Shown piece by piece: positions 1 to 9,088 of a stretch of DNA of 64,000 bases (within the stretch, counting starts at the first letter, position 1; each line of letters begins with the position of its first letter). A model generated the notes under the pieces. The model saw only the letters and a list, made by a program, of their open reading frames with translations, made no database searches and was not told where the DNA came from. Both the position numbers and the translations under genes were made by a program. This stretch comes from Parasphingorhabdus sp. (GTDB taxonomy: Bacteria > Pseudomonadota > Gammaproteobacteria > Arenicellales > CAJQKF01). Location: positions 3,432 through 67,431 of the forward strand of contig JBLHGU010000005.1 in assembly GCA_047615875.1 (NCBI GenBank), given 5' to 3'.

Positions 1-520
1 CTGGGACAGCCTTATGCGAACCCTGCGTTCGACAGGTACTATTATCTGGGTGACTGTTGGTGCAGCGGCATTATCCGGCGCCTACACATTGGCTGGCGGA
101 CCTTCTTATATCGCCCAACTGATTGTTGGCGCCGATATGCCAACCTTCGCAGTTCTACTCACCATGATGGTCATCCTGCTATTCATGGGTGCCTTTATGG
201 ACTGGGTTGGGATTGTGTTGTTGATCATTCCAGTATTCCTGCCAATTGTTAAGGCACTGCCCATTGAGGAGATCGGTTTTATTGGTCAGCTTTCGCCCCA
301 GCATGTTTCAATTTGGTTTGGTGTTCTGTTCTGCATGAACATGCAGGTGAGTTTTCTATCGCCACCCTTTGGCGGCGCAGCGTTCTATCTAAAATCGGTG
401 GCACCGCCGAGTATTTCTTTGACAGATATTTTCCGCGGCTTCCTGCCCTTTATAGGAATACAGCTGATTGGCTTATCCGTATTACTGATCTGGCCATCTA
501 TCGTAACAATATTTCTTTAA
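1..520 (+). CDS. TRAP transporter large permease (DctM family), C-terminal fragment; 5' end lies left of the window
   Basis: Frame is open from the window edge to the stop at 518-520. The product is very hydrophobic and collinear with the C-terminus of the complete DctM at 7777-9066 (FLPIV vs FLPLV, LSPPFGGA vs LTPPLGAN). Confidence 0.8.
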   Translation, partial: WDSLMRTLRSTGTIIWVTVGAAALSGAYTLAGGPSYIAQLIVGADMPTFAVLLTMMVILLFMGAFMDWVGIVLLIIPVFLPIVKALPIEEIGFIGQLSPQHVSIWFGVLFCMNMQVSFLSPPFGGAAFYLKSVAPPSISLTDIFRGFLPFIGIQLIGLSVLLIWPSIVTIFL

Positions 521-641
521 CAACTGGATATGACCCCCCAACCGACTAGCAACCATAGTCAATCGGTTGGGGACTTTCGAGCGTTCACGTTTAGCCGCAT
601 TCCATCTGGCCAAATTCTTAATTCCTGACAGCAGTATTCCG

Positions 642-1790
642 ATGATGAAAATAAGCGCAGTCGATGTTTTTGTTTTAAAAACGCCGCTGGAAACACCTTT
701 CGCATTTTCCCAGGGCTGGGTAAAACAACGCGCTGCAACCCTGGTAAGAATTACCTCAGACGACGGCACTACAGGCTGGGGCGAAGCATTTTGCCAGGGT
801 TTGGAACCACCTGAGATCGCCGCGGCAGCAATCGAACATGCATTGAAGCCATTGATTCTCGGTGAAGAAGCCTTACAACCCGCAGTTTTGTGGCAAAAAA
901 TGTATACCCGCACCCGAGATTTCGGCCGCAAGGGTTCTGTGGTTTCCGCCATAAGTGCGGTGGATACCGCACTATGGGATCTTATGGGTCATGCTCTACG
1001 ACAGCCAGTGCATCGACTTTTGGGCGGCGCTTTCCGAACCACTGTACAACCTTATGCCACCGGCTTCTATCGCATAAACGGACAGGGTGAATCAGCTCGC
1101 CTGGCGGAAGAAGCTATACAACATAGAGAAGCAGGCTTCACCGCCATGAAGGTCAAGCTTGGATTTGGGCTAGCCGACGACATTGCAGTAATGACTGCTA
1201 TAAACGGAGCTCTGGCAGATAACTCAATCCAACTCATGGTTGATACCAACCATGGCTATGGACGGTCAGAAGCACTGGCTCTTGGCCGAGAGCTGGAAGC
1301 CTATAATTTACGTTGGTACGAAGAACCAGTTGTACCAGAAGATGTTGATGGCTATGTTGAATTACGCAATAAGTTATCCGTTCCCATTGCCGGTGGCGAA
1401 AACGAACATACACCCTTTGGCTTCCACAATTTGATTAAATCAGGCGCACTGGATATTGCCCAACCAGACGTTGGATCCTGTGGTGGTATTACGGCATTAC
1501 GCGATATTGCCGCTATGGCCCATGCGGCTGGTGTAGCAGTGAACCCCCATGTCTGGGGCAGTGCCATCGCACAGGCCGCATCACTACAAGTAATTGCCAG
1601 CTTGCCAGTTCCACATGCTTCGCTGTTCGCCATGGAACCCATTTTGGAATATGACCGATCTTCGCACCCTTTTAGACAACAGCTAATAACCGACCCCTGG
1701 ACGGTTGAAGATGGTGTTATCCGCATTCCAGATGGTCCAGGTTTAGGAATCGAGGTCCGGATGGATACCATCGAGCGTTTTCAAGCCTAA
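642..1790 (+). CDS. Enolase-superfamily (mandelate racemase/muconate lactonizing enzyme family) sugar-acid dehydratase, probably galactonate-type
   Basis: ORF 567-1790; the likely start is ATG 642 (MMKISAVDVFVL). MR/MLE hallmarks occur in order: KVKLG, DTNHGY, EEP, GENE, HVWGS. It sits directly upstream of dgoK/dgoA homologues. Confidence 0.8.
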   Translation: MMKISAVDVFVLKTPLETPFAFSQGWVKQRAATLVRITSDDGTTGWGEAFCQGLEPPEIAAAAIEHALKPLILGEEALQPAVLWQKMYTRTRDFGRKGSVVSAISAVDTALWDLMGHALRQPVHRLLGGAFRTTVQPYATGFYRINGQGESARLAEEAIQHREAGFTAMKVKLGFGLADDIAVMTAINGALADNSIQLMVDTNHGYGRSEALALGRELEAYNLRWYEEPVVPEDVDGYVELRNKLSVPIAGGENEHTPFGFHNLIKSGALDIAQPDVGSCGGITALRDIAAMAHAAGVAVNPHVWGSAIAQAASLQVIASLPVPHASLFAMEPILEYDRSSHPFRQQLITDPWTVEDGVIRIPDGPGLGIEVRMDTIERFQA

Positions 1791-1820
1791 CCAACGACGG
1801 ATTTAGGACACTTCATAACA

Positions 1821-2684
1821 ATGATTGCGGCAGGCATAGACTGGGGCTCTAGCTCTTTCAGGGCTTACCGATTTGATTCATCTGGTAGCCATATTGATTC
1901 TGTAGAGGGAGATTGTGGCATTAAGTTTGTCGAAGCGCAGAATTTCGAAAAGCTGTTGTTGGATAAAGTCGATACCTGGCTTGATCCCGGAGATACTGTT
2001 CTGTTGTCTGGCATGATTACCAGTAGAAACGGCTGGATTGAAAGTCCCTATATAAGCTGTCCAGCCAATCTTCAGGATCTAATACACGGCGGTTTAACCA
2101 GGCAGATAAGAGACATCAATCTTGTTTTTCTCCCTGGTCTTTGTCAAAACCAGCCGCCAGATGTTATGCGCGGCGAGGAGTTGCAATTACTCGGCGCGGA
2201 TTCCGACGGTCTAAGTGTTATACCCGGCACCCATTCCAAGTGGGCCGAGATTAAAAATGGAACTGTTAAGCAGTTTTGCACCATTCCGACCGGTGAGTTA
2301 TTCGAAGTATTATGTAATCACACTTTGATTGGCGCATTAATCGAGAAGAATATTTTTAACCCATCTGCTTTTACCGAGGGAGTAGACCGTGGTTACAGAA
2401 ACAACACCATCATCAGCGAACTATTTAGCACCCGATCTGCTGTTCTTCTTCAACAACGCAACGAAGTAGAAGCTTACTGGTGGTTATCCGGTCTATTGAT
2501 TGGCAATGAAATTCGCGAGGGTAGATCTCTTGTCGCTAATTTTACCGGCAGTATTCTGTTAATTGGATCCGAGAGCTTATGTGAAAAGTATCAGGTGGCT
2601 CTGGAGCATTTAGGTATCGATACGCGCACTGCATCACCCGATGTCACCATGCGCGGCTTCCAGAAGATAATCGGAGTGCACTAA
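1821..2684 (+). CDS. dgoK: 2-dehydro-3-deoxygalactonokinase
   Basis: The N-terminal GIDWGSSSFRAY motif and the 287 aa length are typical of DgoK. Its stop overlaps the next start by 1 nt (TAATG at 2682-2686). Confidence 0.8.
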   Translation: MIAAGIDWGSSSFRAYRFDSSGSHIDSVEGDCGIKFVEAQNFEKLLLDKVDTWLDPGDTVLLSGMITSRNGWIESPYISCPANLQDLIHGGLTRQIRDINLVFLPGLCQNQPPDVMRGEELQLLGADSDGLSVIPGTHSKWAEIKNGTVKQFCTIPTGELFEVLCNHTLIGALIEKNIFNPSAFTEGVDRGYRNNTIISELFSTRSAVLLQQRNEVEAYWWLSGLLIGNEIREGRSLVANFTGSILLIGSESLCEKYQVALEHLGIDTRTASPDVTMRGFQKIIGVH

Positions 2685-3328
2685 TGCAAACTAATCAGAA
2701 CCTTAATCAACAGTGGCAACAGTGCTTTCAGGATTTGCCGCTTATTGCCATTCTTCGTGGTATTCAGCCTGGAGAATGTCTGGAGATTGCTAAGGCTATT
2801 TTTGATGCCGGATTTCGCATTCTGGAAGTACCGCTAAATTCTCCACAGCCACTCGAAAGTATTGCTTTGTTAGCAGAGAAATTCCCCACGCAATTCATAG
2901 GCGCAGGTACAGTGACAACTGTAGGAGCAGTAGATAGTTGTGCGCAATCAGGTTGCAAATTAGTCGTTACACCAAACTTCAATCCAAAGATTGCTGAACG
3001 AGTAAAACAACATGACATGATTTACTATCCAGGAATCGCCACACCAAGCGAAGCGTTTATGGCGCTGGAAGCGGGAGCTGATGGACTAAAGCTTTTTCCA
3101 GCGGAGTTAATTTCACCTGCCGTTGCAAAGGCGCTGCGTGCTGTGCTGCCACTAACTACACAATTAATTCCGGTTGGGGGCATAACCCCTGATAATATGG
3201 CAGACTATATTGCCGCTGGAACCAATGGCTTTGGCATCGGCTCGGCACTATATAAGCCGGGTAAGTCCGTGCAGGATATTCGAGATTCTGCCCAGGCCTT
3301 TGTGACCGCCTTCAGATCTATTCAGTAA
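2684..3328 (+). CDS. dgoA: 2-dehydro-3-deoxy-6-phosphogalactonate (KDPGal) aldolase
   Basis: 214 aa. The LPLIAILRGI...ILEVPLNSP motif and the later GGI/GIGSALY are typical of the KDPG/KDPGal aldolase TIM barrel. It is translationally coupled to dgoK. Confidence 0.85.
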   Translation: MQTNQNLNQQWQQCFQDLPLIAILRGIQPGECLEIAKAIFDAGFRILEVPLNSPQPLESIALLAEKFPTQFIGAGTVTTVGAVDSCAQSGCKLVVTPNFNPKIAERVKQHDMIYYPGIATPSEAFMALEAGADGLKLFPAELISPAVAKALRAVLPLTTQLIPVGGITPDNMADYIAAGTNGFGIGSALYKPGKSVQDIRDSAQAFVTAFRSIQ

Positions 3329-3356
3329 ACTTCTGCTCATAATTCCAAAAATCATC

Positions 3357-3719
3357 ATGAATAAATACCCTATACAAAATCAACACAGCGATCTAATTGA
3401 CTGGCCTTTTGATAACCCAGACAGCGATTACATAATTCTTCGCGGCGCACCAAAGGCCAGCGGTCGACTAGACTATGAAAGTGATGACAAAAGCTGTAGA
3501 GCTGGCATCTGGAAATGTACCGAAGGTGCCTTTGAATGCACCGAAGTAGGCGATGAACTACAAACGATTCAACAGGGGCAACTGACCATTACACGATCCG
3601 ACGGCCAAACAGTGCATTGCGGCCCCGGCGATTCAGTTTTTACCCGTAAAGGCGAGCGAGTTGTCTGGGATATAACAGAAACTGTAGTAAAAGTTTTTTT
3701 TACCGCTGCGATGGGCTAA
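3357..3719 (+). CDS. Small cupin-fold protein (DUF861/EutQ-like)
   Basis: 120 aa with a beta-rich C-terminal half (GIWKCTEGAFE...GDSVFTRKGERVVWD) typical of single-domain cupins. No specific function is recognisable. Confidence 0.55.
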   Translation: MNKYPIQNQHSDLIDWPFDNPDSDYIILRGAPKASGRLDYESDDKSCRAGIWKCTEGAFECTEVGDELQTIQQGQLTITRSDGQTVHCGPGDSVFTRKGERVVWDITETVVKVFFTAAMG

Positions 3720-3728
3720 CTAAAGGCA

Positions 3729-4793
3729 TTGCCTGATTCTTCCGATAAAACTTACGACAAATTCTATGGATTCACTATTCGCCCCATAGAACAGGCATCC
3801 TTTGGCATTACCCTGGAGTTCGACACAACCGATATTCAGCAGGCTCTGCAGATTCTTAAAAAGAATCAGATAATAATACTAGACCAATTTCACGCAGCCC
3901 ATGGATTAATGGTTGTAAAAGGAATGCAGCAAATGGTCGATCAGCCTTCAGCATTGGTAGTGTTTAGCAAAGCCTTTGGCTCCGAAGTAGAAAACTATCA
4001 CCAAACCCTTACCAGCAAACGTTTTTTCCATGATTCAGTTCCTGAAATTCTGATTCTTGGAAATCGACCACCTTGCAACCATCCACCACCAGCAAAAACT
4101 GCTAATCAACAAAACGGCGAACTTCTAGTACAGTTTCCACACCAGAAAAACTGGCATACTGATCAGAGTTATCGTCGCCCACCCCCGGATGTAACCCTGC
4201 TATTGGCAATTACACTGCCGCCAAAGAACCAGGGGCAAACCTTGTTTGCAGATTGCACAACAGCACTGACTGCGCTGGATAAAGAAACCAGACAAAAGAT
4301 AAAAGAACTTAAAGGAATTCACGCGCCTAGCTGGGTGGGTCGATCGCGCAATGCAGTAAGAAATGGTGAAAAGGTTCTGGATCTTTTGCCACATCAGTTA
4401 CCACAAAGGCACCCATTGGTTAGACGGCACCCAAGAACAGAGGCCTTATCGTTATATATTTGTGAAGAGAATCAACTGGACTATATTGATGGTCCCATTG
4501 ATGGATTGGAAGCAGGTGCCGAAGGAAGTGGTGCCGATTTAATTCACCGTCTACTCTGTCACACGACGCAATCACAATTTACTTATAGCCACGAATGGGA
4601 AGCAGGGGACTTGCTCATAAGTGATAATCGAAACCTGTTACATTGCGCGACCTGGTACGACGCTGAAAGGTATACGCGACTAATGTGGCGCACAACGGTG
4701 ATGGGTGATCCTGGCAATGAATATCGAGGGGAAGATAAGTCCTGGATACCAGGGGATAATATTTCCGTAATGTCTGGCATGGAACATGCATAA
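3729..4793 (+). CDS. TauD/TfdA-family Fe(II)/2-oxoglutarate dioxygenase
   Basis: WHTDQSY (HxD iron ligands) and the C-terminal DNRNLLHCAT...R motif pattern. TTG start 10 nt after the cupin gene stop. Confidence 0.7.
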   Translation: MPDSSDKTYDKFYGFTIRPIEQASFGITLEFDTTDIQQALQILKKNQIIILDQFHAAHGLMVVKGMQQMVDQPSALVVFSKAFGSEVENYHQTLTSKRFFHDSVPEILILGNRPPCNHPPPAKTANQQNGELLVQFPHQKNWHTDQSYRRPPPDVTLLLAITLPPKNQGQTLFADCTTALTALDKETRQKIKELKGIHAPSWVGRSRNAVRNGEKVLDLLPHQLPQRHPLVRRHPRTEALSLYICEENQLDYIDGPIDGLEAGAEGSGADLIHRLLCHTTQSQFTYSHEWEAGDLLISDNRNLLHCATWYDAERYTRLMWRTTVMGDPGNEYRGEDKSWIPGDNISVMSGMEHA

Positions 4794-4877
4794 TCTACTA
4801 ACTGGTTTTTTATACAGTCTTTTTTTTTACAATATTTATATTACTGAATACTGTATTTTATTACAAGGAGTTATTAG

Positions 4878-5888
4878 TTGTTAGAAATACCTGAAGTATC
4901 AATTATTTTACCAATGCGAAATGCGGAAAATTACCTTGACACCTGCATTCATTCAATACTTGAACAAACTCTAAATAATTTCGAACTGATCGTTGTAGAT
5001 GATCATAGTACAGACAATTCCCTTGATATTCTAAAAGAATTTCACGACAATCGATTTCATGTCGTAGAGAATCCTGGAAAGGGCCTGGTTGACGCGTTAA
5101 ATTTTGGCGTTAGTTTATCGCACTCTAAATGGATTGCACGAATGGATGCGGATGACATCATGTTACCGAGGCGTCTTGAAAAACTGTTAGCCTGTTTAAA
5201 TACTTATACATCTATTGACTGTATAAGCAGTCAGGTTGAGATATTTCCACAAGACATGGCCACCCAGAGCATGCAGCGCTACATAGACTGGCAAAATAGT
5301 TGCATCAGTCACGATGACATAATAAACAGTATTTATATTGAATCACCAATAACTCATCCGTCAGTAATTATACGCAAGTCTACATTGCTGGAGGTCGGAG
5401 GCTACCGTACTGGAAAATTTCCCGAAGATTACGAACTATGGCTGCGACTATTTCAACATGGCGCACATTTTATAAAGCTGCCAGAAGTACTGCTTCGTTG
5501 GAGACAATATTGTGACAGCACATTTCGAAATCATGAGAACTATAGTGAGCTGGCTTTTAATCAAGTTCGTTATGATTATTTACTACAGGACCGGCGCTTA
5601 ACTAATGCGCATCGCATATTTCTCTGGGGTGCCGGACCAAAAACCCGACGCCGATTACGTCCCTTGTTACAATCGAATCTGGCAATTAGTGGTTGGGTTG
5701 ATATTGATCCAAAAAAAATTGACCAACAATATTCAAACATCCCAGTATATTCACCTGAACAGGCGATATTACAAAACCCCGATCTAAATCTGATATGTGT
5801 AAACAACCATGGTGCTCGGGAAATAGTCGCGAAATTTTTAGTCGAGCACCACATGAAAAATGGCATGGATTTTCTACATGTCGGATAA
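4878..5888 (+). CDS. Family 2 glycosyltransferase with a C-terminal Rossmann-like extension
   Basis: VSIILPMRNAENYL...ELIVVDDHSTD and MDADD motifs (GT-A fold). Residues around 250-336 (LWGAGPKTRR...ISGWVDIDPKK) look like a nucleotide-binding extension. TTG start after aaggag. The gene is visibly AT-richer than its neighbours. Confidence 0.8.
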   Translation: MLEIPEVSIILPMRNAENYLDTCIHSILEQTLNNFELIVVDDHSTDNSLDILKEFHDNRFHVVENPGKGLVDALNFGVSLSHSKWIARMDADDIMLPRRLEKLLACLNTYTSIDCISSQVEIFPQDMATQSMQRYIDWQNSCISHDDIINSIYIESPITHPSVIIRKSTLLEVGGYRTGKFPEDYELWLRLFQHGAHFIKLPEVLLRWRQYCDSTFRNHENYSELAFNQVRYDYLLQDRRLTNAHRIFLWGAGPKTRRRLRPLLQSNLAISGWVDIDPKKIDQQYSNIPVYSPEQAILQNPDLNLICVNNHGAREIVAKFLVEHHMKNGMDFLHVG

Positions 5889-6051
5889 CACTAATGCAGT
5901 TTGAGTACGAAAGAGATGATCTATCTACTGCTTTAATTTGACTCTTCTTCGGGGGTATGTTCGAATCATTGAGTAATTTCCAAATTCGGATCAAACCGAA
6001 AAAAGGTTATTACCCATCAGGTAGTAACTATAATCAACAAAGGAGTAAGCA

Positions 6052-7059
6052 ATGCTTAGAAGACAGTTAATTAAACTCGCCACAATCACCGCATTTTCGG
6101 TAGGCGTGATGGGTTCTGCTGTGTCTGCCACAGCAGCAGATGTAACAATGAACCTTGGCTTTGGCGCGCCAATCGAATCACTTTACGGTCGATTCGCTAC
6201 CATCTTTAAGGCCAAGGCTGAGGAATATACCGGCGGCAATCTGGAAGTGAAAATCCGTTGCTGTAATCAGATCTCAACAGAGGATCAAGGTTTCAAGGCC
6301 ATGCAACTTGGCACAGTAGATGGATTTTTTATTACGGCTAATAACGTCTCACCACACTGGCCGTTGATGGACGTAACTGTTCTGCCTTATATCTTCCAAA
6401 ATACGGCGCATCTACAACGCGTTGTAGATGGTCCGGTTGGCGATTTAATGAAGAAGAAGCTGCAAGAAGACACCAGTGTGCATCTACTATCTTTTGGACC
6501 TGCGTTATATCGTGATTTCTACAACTCCAAGCGAGCCATTAACACGATGGCAGATATGGATGGTTTGAAAGTCCGCGTACCAAAAAATGAAGTAATGCTG
6601 GCTACATTTGAAGCATTTGGTGCCGAGCCAATTCCATTGGCCTGGTCAGAAACTCCAACTGCCCTACAGACCGGTACGGTTGACGGCGGTGATAATGGTA
6701 CTTCCTTTATTAAAGATATGAAGTTCTATGAGTTTGAGCCACATCTGGTCATTCTCGAGCATTTTGTTGCCATGGCACCATTGTTTGCTTCTGATGCATT
6801 CATGACCCGTTTAAGTGATGAAATGCGCGCCCAGGTAGTTAAGGCTGCCACAGACGCAGGTAATCAGTTTCGAGATCAAGTGTTGAACGAGACTGAAGAA
6901 GTGCGCAGCTGGTTAGCTACCGAAGGTGGAATGGCCCGAACAGACCCGGATCGAACTGATTTCATTAAAGCAGCGCAAGGCGTACAACAAGCCTTTGCCA
7001 AAGAACGCGGCGAAGAATTTGTGAATCTGGTTAATGCTATTCAGGATGCAGCCAACTAG
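6052..7059 (+). CDS. dctP: TRAP transporter substrate-binding protein (DctP family)
   Basis: Signal peptide (AVSATAADV), 335 aa, followed by dctQ/dctM homologues. aaggag RBS 8 nt upstream. Confidence 0.85.
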   Translation: MLRRQLIKLATITAFSVGVMGSAVSATAADVTMNLGFGAPIESLYGRFATIFKAKAEEYTGGNLEVKIRCCNQISTEDQGFKAMQLGTVDGFFITANNVSPHWPLMDVTVLPYIFQNTAHLQRVVDGPVGDLMKKKLQEDTSVHLLSFGPALYRDFYNSKRAINTMADMDGLKVRVPKNEVMLATFEAFGAEPIPLAWSETPTALQTGTVDGGDNGTSFIKDMKFYEFEPHLVILEHFVAMAPLFASDAFMTRLSDEMRAQVVKAATDAGNQFRDQVLNETEEVRSWLATEGGMARTDPDRTDFIKAAQGVQQAFAKERGEEFVNLVNAIQDAAN

Positions 7060-7132
7060 GTTGTAGATAATCGAATTTCTGTCGGTCTCATGCAGATAAT
7101 TCTGGCTGAGATCGACAAGATTCATCCGACAA

Positions 7133-7168
7133 ACAATTCCACCTCAAGTTTGGTGGAATTGTTTTTTC
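7133..7168 (+). terminator. Rho-independent terminator/attenuator between dctP and dctQM
   Basis: Perfect 11-bp stem acaattccacc / ggtggaattgt (7133-7143 and 7152-7162) with an 8-nt loop, followed by a T-run at 7162-7167. Confidence 0.6.
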
Positions 7169-7231
7169 TACATCAACAAAAACTATCCAGATTTAAATTG
7201 AGGGTGGCAGATTGTTGCGAGGGGTACGAAG

Positions 7232-7780
7232 ATGGCAATTCTGAAGTGGCTTGACCGCCATTTAGAGGAATTGATCTGCTGTAGTGGTCTGGTAATTATT
7301 GCCGTCTGCGTGTTTATGCAAGTGGTAGCAAGATATGTGTTCGAGACCGCTATTCACTGGACCGAGGAAGTCGCCGCCATCAGCATGGTGTGGTCTGTAT
7401 ATATGGGCGCTTCACTGTGTGTTCGTGAACGATTCCACATACGAATTATTGTTGGCGTCAATGCGCTCCCCATGATTATGGGAAGAGGACTGATTTTTGT
7501 CGCCGACTTTTTCTGGGCTTTCTTCTGTGTCTTTATGATCATCGCTAGCTGGGACTATCTGGCGGTATTCTGGAAGTTCACCTCACGCAGCCCAAGCCTT
7601 GGTATCGACGAACTCTACCCACAATCGATCTTACTTATTGGTTATGGATTAATGCTAATTCGACTGGTACAAACTTATGTTCAGTGGCTGAAAAAAGGCG
7701 GCCAGGGTCTGCCAGGCCTACTGGTGGAAGATCTGGACAAAGTAGTTGACCAGGTTGAACAGAAGGAGCCTCAGGTTTGA
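7232..7780 (+). CDS. dctQ: TRAP transporter small permease (DctQ family)
   Basis: 182 aa with about four hydrophobic helices. The stop overlaps the dctM start (TTGA at 7777-7780). Confidence 0.8.
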   Translation: MAILKWLDRHLEELICCSGLVIIAVCVFMQVVARYVFETAIHWTEEVAAISMVWSVYMGASLCVRERFHIRIIVGVNALPMIMGRGLIFVADFFWAFFCVFMIIASWDYLAVFWKFTSRSPSLGIDELYPQSILLIGYGLMLIRLVQTYVQWLKKGGQGLPGLLVEDLDKVVDQVEQKEPQV

Positions 7781-9066
7781 ACTCGCTTACTATTCTTGCA
7801 CTGGTGTTTGTTGGGCTTACCATCATAGGCACACCACTATTTGTCTCAGTCGGTCTTACCACCGCACTGGCTCTGTATTTTATCGACATACCCTATACAT
7901 TAATGGCGCAAACGGGGTATTCCAGTTTAACGCCATTTCCGTTACTCACTATTCCACTGTTTATTCTAGCTGGTCGCTTGATGGAAGTAGGTGGTATGGC
8001 AACCCGCATGATTGCCATCGCTACCAACCTGGTTGGCGCCTATAGAGGCTCCATGGGTCTGGTGACCGTATTCGCCTGTATGTTGTTTGCGGCACTTTCA
8101 GGATCGGGGCCCGCCACGACTGCTGCAATTGGTTCAGTGACTGTACCGGCGATGAAAAAAGAAGGTTACGATGTACCATTTGCTGCGGCCATCACTGCCA
8201 GTGCCGGAGCACTAGGCAGCCTGATTCCACCCTCTAATCTAATGATTATCTATGGTCTGGTATCTGAGACTTCTATACCACGATTGTTTCTGGCCGGACT
8301 TATTCCCGGCGTGCTAGTTACCATGCTACTCATGGTCACCACCTATATCGTAGCCAGACGCCGCAATTATGGCGGTACCGGTCCGAAATTTTCCTGGCGG
8401 CCATTTTTACGCGCATCCTGGGAAGGCAAATGGTCCATTGGCGCACCGATTCTAATACTCGGTGGTATTTATGGTGGTGTATTCACACCTACTGAGGCTG
8501 CGGGTGTCGCAGTGTTTTATGCCTTGTTTATCGGCCTGTTTGTATACCGCGAGCTGACCATCGAAAAACTCATCAGCGCATTACGATTTACAGCTCTTTT
8601 AACCGGCATTCTTATTCTGCTTACACCGACCCTGGCCTTTGGTCAGTTAACTGCCTTTTATGATGTTCCGGCTGCGGTTCAAGAAACCATCACCGCACTG
8701 ACTGACAACCCAATTCTGGTGCTGCTTTTAATTGGTGTGTTTTATATTTTCATTGGCACATTCATGGAATCACTGGCGCAGATTATTTTGTTTACTGCGG
8801 TATTCCTACCACTGGTCACGTCACTGGGTGTAGATCCTGTGTTGTTCGGCGTGTTTACCGTTATTACCTGCGAAATCGGCTTTCTCACGCCTCCATTGGG
8901 CGCCAATCTGACTATTGCTGCGCGAATATCAGGGGTCTCTATAGAACGAATTTCGGTGGCAGTGCTGCCTTTTATTGGTGCTTATATTGTTGGCATGGTT
9001 ATCCTGATTCTGTTCCCTGACATCACCCTGTTTCTGCCAAACTGGGTATTCGGTATTTCAAAGTAG
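7777..9066 (+). CDS. dctM: TRAP transporter large permease (DctM family)
   Basis: 429 aa polytopic protein with typical DctM length and motifs. It is coupled to dctQ. Confidence 0.9.
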   Translation: MNSLTILALVFVGLTIIGTPLFVSVGLTTALALYFIDIPYTLMAQTGYSSLTPFPLLTIPLFILAGRLMEVGGMATRMIAIATNLVGAYRGSMGLVTVFACMLFAALSGSGPATTAAIGSVTVPAMKKEGYDVPFAAAITASAGALGSLIPPSNLMIIYGLVSETSIPRLFLAGLIPGVLVTMLLMVTTYIVARRRNYGGTGPKFSWRPFLRASWEGKWSIGAPILILGGIYGGVFTPTEAAGVAVFYALFIGLFVYRELTIEKLISALRFTALLTGILILLTPTLAFGQLTAFYDVPAAVQETITALTDNPILVLLLIGVFYIFIGTFMESLAQIILFTAVFLPLVTSLGVDPVLFGVFTVITCEIGFLTPPLGANLTIAARISGVSIERISVAVLPFIGAYIVGMVILILFPDITLFLPNWVFGISK

Positions 9067-9088
9067 ATGACTAAATAGGAGGCACAAA

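Noticed and set aside
567-641. N-terminal 25-aa extension of the enolase-superfamily ORF.
   Set aside because: The family-typical N-terminus (MKISAVDVFVLK...) begins at the internal Met pair (642/645). The extension has no signal-peptide or domain character.
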